Source of the DNA: Hemiscyllium ocellatum
Taxonomy: Eukaryota
Direction of reading: 5' to 3'
NCBI RefSeq assembly: GCF_020745735.1
Contig: NC_083419.1
Span: forward strand, 55,152,135-55,216,134
DNA: 64,000 nucleotides
The first letter of the stretch is position 1, and every line of letters starts with the position of its first letter. The translations under genes were made by a program, and so were the position numbers. Below, in pieces: positions 13,000-25,139 of this stretch. The notes beneath the pieces are model-generated. The model saw only the letters and a program-made list of their open reading frames with translations, did no database searches and was not told where the DNA came from.

Positions 13000-14030
13000 G
13001 CCACTTTGAGCTGTGGGTCATTTTCTGCTTTATAACCGCTACCAAAATGAGGAAAGCAACCGCGTTGTCGATTTGTTAAGCAAAATCCTGACTCAGAAAG
13101 CGTGCACGTTCCTCCCTTCACTATCTTGACTATTAAAACTGATGAGTGCAGAGATACCGGGTCAACTATCCGTGCTGTAGAATAAAGATGAAACAAAAAC
13201 AAGCAGAGTAACCTCACTCTGGGCTCATGTCCATGTGCTTGCCAAGAACCATCGCTTTCCGCTCTCTCTCTCTCTCTCGGCACGTTTCTTTCCGAATGCG
13301 ATGTTAATAGGACGCAGATTCCCTCCACTTACAGGGACAGTGCTATCCCTGGGACTTCACTCCCTGTCACAGGGGGAATAACCAGGGCCGCCTTACTGCA
13401 GACGCTGGTGTCAGCCAGCGTGGTTCTACGTTAAAGTTTAGCGTGGTGCTGTTTACACATGTCCTGTAGCTCTCTGCCTACACAGAGAGTAACTGCAGCC
13501 CGTGTGTGCATTTTACCCGCTGTGTATATAGGTAAAGCTGATCCAGTTTCAGCTGTAATTTCCAAGCACAGTGCATGTTTTGTACTGATTCAATCCTTCC
13601 CCTTCCCGAGTCCCTACTGACTGATTAGCACCAATCCCCAGTTAGGACTCAGCGCAGTTAGCCTTGCACTGGATATCCACTAACTTTTTTTCTCTCTCTC
13701 TTTGCAAACACTTCCCGTTGCACATATTCCTTTTCGTCATTTGCACAGTATTTTCCCTTTTCCTTTGTGTCTCAGGCTCGTCGGCGAACGCGGGTCTTTA
13801 ACCAGGCTTCTGGGAAACAATAAAAGCGAAACCGAGAGCTCATCCCCACCCTCCACCCCACACACACTCCTGCAATATTGTGGGACTCACCCGCCTGGGT
13901 TCCTGTCTTAAGCAGCCGCTTTCCAAGCGGGGGAGGGAGGGGGGTGGAAAGGGAACCCGGAAGCGATCAGTTCATTCAGAGTCAGACACGTGTTTTTGCA
14001 GTAAGAGGAGGGAGCTGAGATGTGAGAGCT
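13000..14030 (-). promoter_or_regulatory. Candidate promoter / gene 5' region
   Basis: Repeat-free, locally CpG/GC-enriched, G-tract at 13928-13950, minus-strand splice signals at 13890, 13810 and 13217. Confidence 0.5.
13218..13252 (-). CDS. Candidate first coding segment (MVLGKHMDMSP + GA), gene not identified
   Basis: ATG in strong Kozak context (aaagcgATGG) followed 35 nt later by donor GA|gtgagg; no downstream exon found in the window. Confidence 0.3.
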
Positions 14031-14034
14031 GTCT

Positions 14035-14610
14035 GAAACTGCATGGGAGAGACACAGAGTGTGCTAAATTATTCTGTAGAGTCAGAAGTGCTCTGAATTA
14101 CTGCACTGGAGAGACACAGAGTGTGCTAAATTATTCTGTAGAGACAGAACTGCTCTGAATTACTGCACTGGAGAGACACAGTGTGCTAAATTATTCTGGA
14201 GAGTTGAAACTGCTCTGAATTACTGCACTGGAAAGACACACTGCTAAATTATTCTGTAGAGACAGAAGTGCTCTGAATTACTGCACTGGAGAGACACAGA
14301 GTGTGCTAAATTATTCTGTAGAGACAGAACTGCTCTGAATTACTGCACTGGAGAGACACAGTGTGCTAAATTATTCTGGAGAGTTGAAACTGCTCTGAAT
14401 TACTGCACTGGAAAGACACACTGCTAAATTATTCTGTAGAGACAGAAGTGCTCTGAATTACTGCGCTGGAGACAGCGTGCTAAATGATTATGTAAAGACA
14501 GAACTATGATTTACTGCACTGGAGAGGCAGGGAACGTACTAATTGTCTCTGTAAACGGACAGAAAAAATGCTCTGAATTACTACACTGCAGAGACAAACT
14601 GTGTTAAAGT
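14035..14610. repeat. Minisatellite, ~58-62 bp unit, with an exact 180-bp higher-order duplication
   Basis: 14101-14280 is identical to 14281-14460; unit gagagacacagagtgtgctaaattattctgtagagacagaactgctctgaattactgcactg. Confidence 0.95.
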
Positions 14611-14727
14611 ACTCTGCAAATGGAGACCCGGAGCTGTACTAGCCTGCAATGCAGTAGGGTGACTGTACAGAGCTCGGATCCTAATGTGCAATGGGGAGAC
14701 TGACCTATTCTAAACTGAAAGACTATT

Positions 14728-14958
14728 AAAATAAAACAAAGTGCAGATCTGAAACAAACAAAAACAGAAATTGCTGGAGTAACAGATGGCCTGGCATCAT
14801 TCATGGAAAAAAAAGGTTAATGTTTTGAGTCCAGTAATCCTTCTTTTCAGAACGGCGTTCTAATGAACGTTAGACTCGGTATTTAAACACTAACCCGTTT
14901 CTCTCTTCACAGATGATTCCAGACCTGCTGAGTTTCTCCAACAATTCCTGTTTTTGCT
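14728..14958. mobile_element. Decayed palindromic Penelope-derived element (older family)
   Basis: aaaacagaaattgctggag arm vs ctccaacaattcctgttttt arm. Confidence 0.6.
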
Positions 14959-15170
14959 CATGAAGATTGCTTTTCTGTATTTTTGGATTGAGGATCTGGA
15001 GGAGAACGGTTTTAAATAATCTTAAGAGCAAGCAACCTGGTACTCATTATAGGTAGTGTTTACACAGTTTACCCTTTATCATTTACACTATACCTCCTGC
15101 AAATAATTGACAGGATCTGAAGCAGGGAGGTTCCAAGAAGCCACATTTTGATCAGCAAAGAGATCATCTT

Positions 15171-15304
15171 CAAGAGTGGTGTTGGAAAAGCACAGCAGGT
15201 CAGGCAACATTCAAGGAGCAGGAGAATCAATGTTTTGGGCAAGAACCTTTCATCAGGAATGATGATCATCTGGAATCCTGATGCGATCATCAGGAATGAT
15301 TGGC
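15171..15304 (-). mobile_element. Penelope-derived hammerhead element with scrambled junction
   Basis: TSD caaaRagatcatctt at 15156-15170 and 15305-15319; repeated catcaggaatgat pieces. Confidence 0.75.
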
Positions 15305-15764
15305 CAAAAAGATCATCTTGTCAACCATAGCAGACAGGGACTGCTGAACTGCCTGACTATGTTTTCTCTTTGCCCTGAACACCTGTGTTTCTTTGTGTCT
15401 ATATGTTTGTGTGAAGATGGTGAGTTTAAAAGGGGGTTTAGAGTTTTAACTAGTAGTTATATGTCAACAGCCAATAATGCAGACCTCACTTTTTACTCTA
15501 ACCGTAACTAGAGTTAATTTATTTGTGATAAGTGGACATTCTTGTTTGGTACAGACACCTTGTCCATGCTTTCCAGCAATCTGGGTCTAAAAGACAGCTA
15601 CATTGGGGAAGTCTCCATACTTTAGAGAATCTTTAACCTTTGTGACAACTTAGAATAATGGTGTTTGATTTTTAGCATGCTACCCCAATTAATTATAACA
15701 CCCTGCCAAGACCTGGTATAGCCTACTCTACAATGAAGAAACAGAGCGCATTTCCAACCTCTTG

Positions 15765-16170
15765 AGCAGTGGGGAAATTGACAGCAGCTCTGACCAACTG
15801 TGCGATAGCTAGACAACTGCTCTGACCTGTGCAATAGGGAGGCAAAGAGCTATTCTAACCTACTTTGCAATGGGAGACATGGAGTTGCGTTAACCTACTC
15901 TGTATTGTGGAGATAGAGAGCTACTCTAACTTACTCTGTGCTTGGGAGACAGAGAGCTACTGTAACCTACTCTCTGCTGGGGAGACAGAGAGCTACTGTA
16001 ACCTACTCTACTGGGGAGACAGAGAGCCACTCTAACCTACTCTGTACTGGGGAGACAGAGAGCTACTGTAACTTACTCTGTATTGTGGAGACAGAGAGCT
16101 ACTGTAACCTACTTTGTATTGGGGAGACAGAGGGCCACTGTAACCTCCTCTGTATTGAGAGATGGAGAGT
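15765..16170. repeat. ~33 bp minisatellite
   Basis: Unit ggagacagagagctactgtaacctactctgtattg, about 10-12 degenerate copies. Confidence 0.9.
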
Positions 16171-16199
16171 TCCATTAAGCTGATCTGAAGTGTTCCAAT

Positions 16200-16690
16200 C
16201 AGAAACAGTAGGAAGAGACCCTTTGTAAATTGACCAGTATGAACAGGAGAAATATAAATGGTTGGGTTTTTTTTATCAGTTGCATTGATTCCTGGGCTGT
16301 CTTATAAGGAAAGATTGTTTAGCATAATGAAAGGTAATCTCACTGAAATATATACAATTTTCAGTGTGGATGCCGAGAGGCTGCTTTCCTTGATAAGAGA
16401 GTCTAGAACTTGAGATCATCTTCTCAAGACGAACACTCAGCCATTTTGCATTGAGATGAGAAGAATTCTTATTCATTGAGAATTGTAAATCACTGGAATA
16501 TTTTTGCTGAAAGGACAATGGATGTTTAGTCAAATGAATAAAATTGAAGACTAACATTGTTAAGAGTTTTATGCGCTTAGAAATATAGGGACAGGGTGAG
16601 GAATTGGCGTCAGTGTTGAAGCTCAGCTGGGATTTTTAATGGGTGCAGGCTTAGAAGGTAAAATGACCTAATCGTGCTCCTATATCTTAC
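16200..16690 (+). mobile_element. Old CR1 3' fragment
   Basis: gagtctagaact..gagatgagaagaattc..tggaat pattern of CR1 3' ends. Confidence 0.5.
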
Positions 16691-16935
16691 ATTCTGACTA
16701 TGAATCATGGAATCTCAGAGCATTTGTGAAGATCATTTGATCCATTATGTCTGTACTGTCACTATAAAATAACTAATCAATTAGATCCACTCCACAGCTC
16801 TGCAACTTCTTTTCCTTTTCAGTATCTACCCAAATCTAAAAGCTTGAAATGATCTAGATTTTCCAAGGGTAATGACATGGATAACATTGCTCATGATACC
16901 ATGGAATAAGTTGGATGGCAACCTCTAGAGTACTC

Positions 16936-17075
16936 AAATAAAAGCAAAATACTGCAGATGCTAGAAATCTGAAATAAAAACAGAAAGCGCTGGAGAAACG
17001 CAGAAGGCCTGACAACATCTTTGGAGACAGAAACAGCCGATGTTCCAAATGCAACACAACTCTTCTTCAGAACTT
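16936..17075 (-). mobile_element. Penelope-derived terminal fragment (older family)
   Basis: atactgcagatgctagaaatctgaaataaaaacagaaa..cttcttcagaac. Confidence 0.6.
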
Positions 17076-17509
17076 AAAGGAATGGAAATGGCAGTTGTTA
17101 TACTGTTGACAGAGGCTGAGGAGGAGTGAGCAGACCAGATAGTAAGTTTGACCAGAGCAAAACACAAAACAGTTGCTAATGGTGATAAGGAAAAAAAAAC
17201 TTTAAAGTAGGCATAAATTAATAGTTGTGCCCCTCAGTAAAAAAACATACTTATCCTGCCTGTTCAGAATAAAGTAGTGCAGGTACATGCAGAATATGAT
17301 CAGAAATTATTCCTGTGAAATATTACCTTTAACTCTGAACGTTGAACAAATTTGGAGCCCCAATTTTGCAGAATTTATTAATATTGGAGACTTTAATTTT
17401 TTGTGCTTTTCTTATTCAGTCTCGATTAAATGAGATTGAAAACTGTCTTTAATGGCATGTTTATATTGCACTTTCATTAAATGATTATATCCGTTTATAT
17501 TTTATAGTT

Positions 17510-17855
17510 GGGGTGGCAAGGTGGCTCAGTGGTTAGCACTGCTCCCTCACAGAACTAGGGACCTAAGTTCAGTTCCAGCCTTGGGTGACTGTCTGTATGG
17601 AGTTTACATATTCTCCCTTTATCTACGTGGGTTTCCTCCCAGTGCTCCAGTTTCCTCCCAAAATCAAAACATGTGCAGGTTGGGTGAATTGGCCATGCTA
17701 AATTGCGCATTGTGTTCAGGGATGTGTAGGTTAGGTGCATTGGTCAGGGGTGAATGTAGGATAATAGGATAGGGTGACTTACTCTTTTTGAATTGGTGTG
17801 AAATAGTTGGGCCAAAGGGTCTGTTTCCACACTGTAAGGATTCTATGATTCTAAT
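17510..17855 (+). mobile_element. HE1 / V-SINE
   Basis: tRNA head, V-domain and CR1-derived tail. Confidence 0.9.
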
Positions 17856-18119
17856 TACACTCTGAAAGGTGTTGTGTAAGATGCTAGCTTTGAAAGGATT
17901 AATACTGAGGAATGCATTAAGTATCAACAATATGATCATGTCATAGAAACTTGGGCAGGGGGAATAGATTGACCCTATAGGACACCTTCATTGGCCAAGT
18001 ATCAATGTTAGTGTATCAATGTATCTAGTTGCTATCATGCAAATAACTACATCTTGAGGGCTCTTGCGGTGCAGGGTTAATGTTCTTACCTCGAGGCCAG
18101 AAAGACCAATGTACCCCTC

Positions 18120-18590
18120 CTATGATGTGGTGTCTAGATCTCCTCACAGGAAGGATATCATTAGATTGGAAAGGTGCAGAATATATTTACAAGTATGTTA
18201 CTGAGACTGGAGGGTTTATGTTAGAAAGAGAGGCTGGATAGGTGAGGACTTTTTTCACTGGAGAGTAGGAGGTTGAGAGGTGACCTTATAGGGTTTATAA
18301 AATCATAAGATACGCAGCAAAGGTCCTTTCCCAAGGGTCGGGGAGTTCAAAACCCGAAGGCATAATTTTAAGGTGAGAGGAGAAAGACTTAAAAGGGACT
18401 TGCGTGGCAATGTTTTCACGCAGAGGTAGTTCGTATAAACTGCCAGAAAAAGTGATAGATGCACTTGGACAGATACATGAATAAGAAAGGTTTAGAGGGA
18501 TATAGGCTAAACAGAAGCAAATGGGACTAGTTTAGTTTTGGGAAACTTGGTTCCAAAGGTTGTTTCCATGCAGTATCATTCGATGAGTTA
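18120..18590 (+). mobile_element. CR1 (HER1-like) 3' fragment
   Basis: RRLRGDL motif (aggaggttgagaggtgacctt) and 3' UTR. Confidence 0.8.
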
Positions 18591-18599
18591 AAGTTGGGT

Positions 18600-19330
18600 C
18601 TAATCATGGTTTCATATAACTGCATCGTAACTTGCGCATCCTTGTACTCTGGTCGACTATATACAAAGGCCAGCTCTGTCTTCTTGATTATTTTCTCGTT
18701 TGATGTTTTAAAGATCTATGCACCTGAATCTCCAAATCTGTTGGACATTAACTATATTTAGCTTCACACCATCTAAAAAAACTCTCTGATCTATCTTCAT
18801 TTTTGGACCATAATGGATAACCTCACACTGGCTTATATTTGACTCCATCTGCCATAGTGTTGCCTATTCACTTAGCCTACCAATGTCCCTTTGTAATTTT
18901 ATGCTATCATCTGCACTGTCAACAATGCTGCCTAACTTTGTGTCTTCAGCAAATTTGAAAATATGACTTTCCCTGCCATTATTTGAGTCATTCATAACAA
19001 ATGTGAATAATTCCGGCCTGAATACAGATCCTTGTGGGACACCCATGGTCACATCCTCCAATGTGAGTACCTACACAATATCCCCATTTTCTGCCTCCCA
19101 CTACTCAACCAATTTCCCAGCTTTATCGGTAATATTTCCCTCAGTTCCATGGGCTTCTACCTTACTAACAGTCTCTTACATGGGACTTCATAAAATGCCT
19201 TCTGGAAGTCCGTAGAAACAATATTCATTGGCATTCCCCTCTCTACTGCCATAGTCACCTCTGCAAAAAATTCAATGAGATTTGTCAGGCATGGCCATGA
19301 ATCCATGCTGGCTGTCACTGATTTACTGAA
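18600..19330 (-). mobile_element. CR1 RT fragment
   Basis: ORFs with GVPQGSV..KFAEDTKLG and CLTNLIEFF..DFQKAF. Confidence 0.85.
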
Positions 19331-19550
19331 AAATTTCAAGGTGTTCAGTTCCTCCAAGGTACCCGAAAAAGACAGAAACTACAATTCATAGCAATCCAGC
19401 ATTTAAAATGCAGAAAAGGTGGCAAAACTTTATTAAGATTACAGGCAGTGGGACTTGTTCAGGAAATATCTATAAAGCAATAGGGATTTCAACTGTGTCA
19501 ACCAATGTTCTATAAAGTTGGAACAAGACTTCCTTGTTTTTGTATTTTAT

Positions 19551-19647
19551 CTGAAAATGTGTTGCTGGTTAAAGCACAGCAGGTCAGGCAGCATCCAAGG
19601 AACAGGAAATTCGACGTTTCGGGCCAGAGCCCTTCATCAGGAATGTA
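19551..19647 (-). mobile_element. Penelope-derived hammerhead element (single arm)
   Basis: TSD ttttgtattttat at 19538-19550 and 19648-19660; intact motif at 19609-19644. Confidence 0.85.
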
Positions 19648-20079
19648 TTTTGTATTTTATGCCTTGGCTAATGAGGACAAGTATCCTGTATGCCTTCTTC
19701 ATCACTGTCTACCTGTGCTGACACTTTCAGGGATCTATGGACTTGCATGCCAAGGTTTCTTTGTTCCTCTGCACTCCCCAGGGACCCACCACATTGTGAA
19801 AATCTTTCCTTATTAAGAGAGGAACACCTTCTAGCATCTGAGAGCAGGGGAGTGTGGGGAGAGCAAGTCCAACACAGAAAAGGTCAACCTTGTGAAGACT
19901 GTGAGCCCAGCACGGGTAAGCACTTAAAAAGGGCTACAATGATGAACGTTTAACTTTATTTCTTTACTTTTCTAATTTGTATCCAAAGTTTTGTACCTGG
20001 GTACCTTTGTACTGAAGATGGTACCAGGAATGGTGACGTGGTGCACTTTCACTGTGGTCCTGTATCCCTGTAGAGTCAG

Positions 20080-21870
20080 AGAGTCATAGAGATGTACAGC
20101 ATGGAAACAGTCCTTGCAGTTCAACTCATTCATTACGACCAGATATCCCAACCCAATCAGTCCCACTTGCCAGCACCCGGCACATACCCCCCCAAAACCC
20201 TTCCTTTTAATATACCCATCCAAATGTCTTTTAAATATTGTAATTGTACTAGCCTCTACCACTTCCACCACTTCCTCTAGCAGCTCATTCCATACACTTA
20301 TCACCGTCTGCATGAAAAAGTTGCCCCTTAGATCTCTTTTATATCTTTCCCCTCTCACCCTAAATCTATGTCCTCTAGTTCTGGACTCCCCCACCTGAGA
20401 GAAAAGACTTTGTCTATTTATCCTATTCATGCCCCTCATAATTTTGTAAACCTCTATAAGGTCACCCCTCAGCCTCCGACACTCCAGTGAAAACACCCCT
20501 AGCTTATTCAACCTCTCCCTGTAGCTCAAATCCTCCAACCCTGGTAACATCCTTGTAAATCTTTTCTGAACCCTTTCAAGTTTCACAACATCTTTCCGAT
20601 AGGAAGGAGACCAGAATTGCACGCAATATTCCAACAGTGGCCTAACCAATGTCCTGTAGAGCCGCAACATGATCTCCCAACTCCTGTACTCGATACTCTG
20701 ACCAATAAAGGAAAGCATGCCAAACACCTTCTTCACTATCCCATCTAGCTGTGACTCCATTTTCAAGGAGCTATGAACCTGCACTCCAAGGTCTCTTTGT
20801 TCAGCAACACTCCCTGGTTCCTTACCATTAAGTGTATAAGTCCTACAAAGATTTGCTTTCCCAAAATGCAGCACCTCGCATTTATCTAAATTAAACTCCA
20901 TCTGCCACTTCTCAGCCCATTGGCCCATCTGATCAAGATCCCATTGTAATCTGAGGTAGCCTTCTTCACTGTCCATTTCACCTCCAACCTTGGCGTCATC
21001 TGCAAACTTACTAACTATACCTCTTATGCTCCCATCCAAATCATTTATATAATGATTTATATAATTATATTATTATATACTCATTTATATAATGAGTGCC
21101 ACCGATCCTTGTGGCACTCCAATGGTCACAGGCTGCCAGCCTGAAAAATAAATCCCCACCACCACCCTCTGTCTTCTGCCTTTGAGCCAGTTCTGTATCC
21201 AAAAGTCTACATCTCCCTGTATTCCATGAAATCTCACCTTGCTAATCAGTACCCCACGGGGAACCTTGTCGCACGTCTTACTGAAGTCCATATAGATCAC
21301 ATCTACCGCTCTGCCCTCATCAATCCTCTTTGTTACTTCTTCAAAAGCTCAAGTTTGTGAGACATAATTTCCCATGCACAAAGCCATGTTGACTATCCCT
21401 AATCAGTCCTTGCCCTTCCAAATATATGTACATCCTGTCCCTCAGGATTCCCTCCAACAACCTGCCCACCACCAACGTCAGACTCACTGGTCTATAGTTC
21501 CCTTACCACCTTTCTTAGACAGTGGCACCAACCTCCAGTTTTCCGGCACCTCACCTATGACTATCGATGATACAGTTATGTTAGTAAGAGGCCCAGCAAT
21601 GACTTCCTTAGCTTCCCAGAGTTCTAGGGTACACCTGATTAGGTCCTGGGGATTTATCCACTTTTATGAGTTTCAAGACATCCAGCACTTCCTCCTCTGT
21701 AATATGGGCATTTTTCAAGATGTCACCATCTATTTTGCCACTTTGTATCTTCCATTTCTACAGTAAATACCGATGCAAAATACTCGTTTAGTATCTCCCC
21801 CATTTTCTGCAGCTCCACACAAAGGCAGCCTTGGTAGTCTTTGAGGGGCCCCGTTCTTTCCCCAGTTAAC
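20080..21870 (-). mobile_element. CR1 (HER1-like) LINE, 3' ~1.8 kb with RT
   Basis: 355-aa ORF SKFADDAKVGG..LEYCVQFWSP; GVPQGS upstream. Confidence 0.95.
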
Positions 21871-21899
21871 CTTTTGTCCTTTGTACGTGACAATAAAAT

Positions 21900-22745
21900 C
21901 TAATTTGAATTCCATTCTAATTTATTAGACCTCCAAAGATGCATCACCTCAACCTTATCAGGATTAAATTCTATCTGTTGTTGCTGTGCCCAATTTATCA
22001 GTGGATCAATATCTGACTGTAGCTTGAGACCATCCTCCTCACTATCAAAACCTATTTAATTATACTTTTTACATTCACATCCAAGCCATTAATGTACATA
22101 ACAAACAAGGGTCCCAACATTGATCCTTGGGGTACATCTCTGGTCACAGGCTTCCAATCACAGAAACAACCCTCCACCATTACCCTTTGTCTCCTATTTG
22201 TAAGCCAGTTCTGAATCCAGTTGTCTTGAAGCCCATGTGCTCTTACCTTTTGGACCAGCCTTCCATGTGGAACCTTGTGAAAGGCTTTATTATAGTCCAT
22301 GTAAAGCACATCAACTGCACTACCCTTACCAATATATTTTGTCACCTTCTCATAAAACCTTATAAAATTAATTAGACAAGATCTCCCTCCAACAAATCTG
22401 TGCTGACTATCCCTGAATGATTCCTGCCTTTCCAAGTATAGATTAAACATATCCCTCAGAAATGTTTGCAATTATTTTCCTACCACTCTCTGAGACTAAC
22501 TGGTCTGTAATTACTTGGCTTTCCTTGCTGTCCTTCTTGAACAACGTAACCCACATTAGCTACCCTGCAGTCATCTGGTGCTTTACATAGGGCCAATGAA
22601 GTATTAAAAATCCCCGCCAAGGCACCAGCAATCTCCTCCCTTGCCTCCAATAGCAGCCTGGGATACATCTCATCAGGCCCTTGGGATTTCTGCACCTTCA
22701 CGGCTGCTAAAGCATATAATACCTCCTACTTATTAATCTTAACAT
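21900..22745 (-). mobile_element. Second CR1 RT fragment, host of the younger copy
   Basis: KSQGPDEMYPRLL, NYRPVSL, KAFHKVPHGRL, VPQGSMLGP. Confidence 0.9.
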
Positions 22746-23279
22746 ACCCTAGAACCATCCCAACCAAGACCAACCCTATAAGTAGAAACAGATTGTCTTT
22801 GAACAGGGTGCCACTGATAAGCTCTGTGAATAGGATAAGTGGACTGATCAATACAGGAAAGTTAAAACTAATTCAGAATTTAACTATTTAAGCAAACATA
22901 ATATTGTTGTGTGGAGAGTGACCACTTGAATGGAATAGTTGTGTCAAATGGCCCATTTCATAGAATCCCCACAGTGTGGAAACAGGCCATTTGGCCCAAC
23001 AAGTCATTTATAATCCTACAGAATCAAGTGTGCATTAGATTAACCTTTCAAGGGCACTTTGTTTTTCAACAATTGCTCATCGATTCACTTGTATATTTTT
23101 CACCAAGTAGAATAAATTTACCCAACGTTTCTGGGAAGGGGAGCAATAAGTTCGTGAGGTTGTAGCACAGTTTCCATTCCCACCTGAAGTCAGGTGACGT
23201 GCTGCAGCAACAGGAACTGTCAGAGTTACGGCCAGTGACTGCAGGAGGTTAATGTTGTTGCCAAAGGAAAGACTTGGAG

Positions 23280-23585
23280 CAATTCATTCACAGACATGGG
23301 TGTTACTAGCTGGCCCAACATTTATTGCCCAGACGGCAGTTCAGACACAACCACATTGCCATGGACTTGATGTACCATTTCGACCAGATTTCCTTCCCTA
23401 AACGACATTAGTGAACTGATGTTATTTGACAACAATTGACAGTGGTTAAATGGCTGTCATTGGCTAGCTGTTTATTCCAGACTTTTTATTGAACATAAAG
23501 TTCCCCATCTGTCGCACCGGGATTTGAACATTAGACTGGGACTTCAGAATTACTAATCCAGTAACATTACTATGATGTCATGACT
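23280..23585 (-). mobile_element. Second SINE family (tRNA-like head, LINE-type tail)
   Basis: Similar to 53125-53482; duplicated at about 36855-37160. Confidence 0.6.
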
Positions 23586-24144
23586 ACCCACAATATCCCC
23601 TTCTTGCTAAAGGACCCCCCAGCAAATGATGTTGATGAGCTGTAGAGAGGGACAGATTTCTGGATGAATGAAGTTGGAAGGTGATCTGTCAAACTCCACT
23701 GATGAGACATTTGGTAATGTGCAAATGTTGGATTTCAGCTGGTCTATTTCTTTACCTGCTGGCATCAAGAAAAGTGAAATACGGTACATTGTCTATCTCT
23801 GAAAGAAAAACAGAAAATACTGTGAATAGTCAGTAGGTCAGACTGTGTTGTGGAGAGAGAAAAACAGAGTTGAGGTTCCAGATCGCTGATCTTTCACCAG
23901 AACCTCTTCCCATGTGCATTAGAGCCATTGGCTGCCAGCATTACCCTGTGTCAGGACTAAACATCGGTTTCTGTTATCCTCTTTCCCCAACAGTGAAAGC
24001 GAGAGATTATTCTGAAGAAACTAGGAATGAACAATAAATGATCAGGTGAATAAAAAAATCATAGGATATTTCCAGCCTAATGGCCACTAAAGGGTTACTG
24101 AATCTCCGAATAGTAATCTATTCTTTATGTTACAATGTCTCATC

Positions 24145-24321
24145 GGGGCAGCATGGTGGCTCAGTGGTTAGCACTGCAACCTCACAGCGCCAGTGACCCT
24201 GGTTCAATTCCCAACTTGGGCGACAGTCTTTCTGGAGTTTGCATATTCTCCCTGTGTCTGTGCAGGTTTCTTCCCACAATCCAAAAGATGTGCACGTTAG
24301 GTGAATTGGCCATGCTAAATT
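24145..24321 (+). mobile_element. HE1 SINE 5' half, fused to a CR1 3' end (24322-24480)
   Basis: SINE stops at gctaaatt and continues tgcaacgtttagtaggcattt (CR1). Confidence 0.85.
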
Positions 24322-25139
24322 TGCAACGTTTAGTAGGCATTTAGATAAGTACATGAATAAGAAGTTTTTTAAGAGGTATGGACCAGCTGCAGGAAGCTGG
24401 GACTTCTTTAGTTTGAGATTATGGTCAGCATGGACTGATTGAACCAAAGGGTCTATTGTTGTGCTGTACAAATCAATGCCTCTACTTCATTGAAATGCAA
24501 GGTGGTATGAAGCTAGAGATCATTTGTGCCAAGTTATTTTAGGATAAAACTGTCACTAAACTGAAACTCCTTTCCCTTACATTAAAACATTTCTCTGCTG
24601 AATCTGAAATTGAGTTTTGTGGGAAGGACCTCAATGGAATTTTCTTGGTTTTTAGGTTAGTGTAAAAAAAGTGGCCTAAGGACCTTTAGTTTCGTCCAAA
24701 CTCTATCCACCCAAAGCAAAGTAAAGTTTGCTACCAAGTCTACTGGCATAGGGCATCAGGCAACAGACATGTAATGAATTTGGTAGAACAGGACAATGTG
24801 TTATATAGCTGAAGTATTCCAGTGTTTTGAAATCTAATTAAAGTTTTGATGGTGTTGAGTAGGAATATGTACACTTGACCCAGAAAGGTTGTTCGACATT
24901 CATCACTTTGTATAAGCTTGGTGTACATTCAGAAATTTCAGAGATTAGAAGGGTGAAGAGGGGGCAGGGAAATGGCCCAAAGAAACAATCTGTATAAATC
25001 TGTACAATTTTCACATTTTTTTATTACATGCATGAACACCATGTTGATAAGGTCTGTTATGTACCAGGCCAGACACCCCCTCAAAGCAATTCAAGAAAGT
25101 AGCCCAGTCTCTACCTTTGCTAGTTGTTTTAAGCAGGTG

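Larger units (their letters stand above)
19552..24321 (+). repeat. Left arm of ~4.8 kb inverted segmental duplication
   Basis: Reverse complement of 36117-41168; paired ORFs map with a constant coordinate sum of 60439 (22052/38387, 22911/37528, 23607/36832, 21374/39065). Confidence 0.97.

Noticed and set aside
14035-14610. CRISPR-like array
   Set aside because: Contiguous tandem units without unique spacers, no cas genes, vertebrate context
19972-21039. 355-aa ORF as a host gene
   Set aside because: It is the CR1 ORF2 RT/C-terminus of a 5'-truncated LINE; its duplicate at 39-40 kb is disrupted
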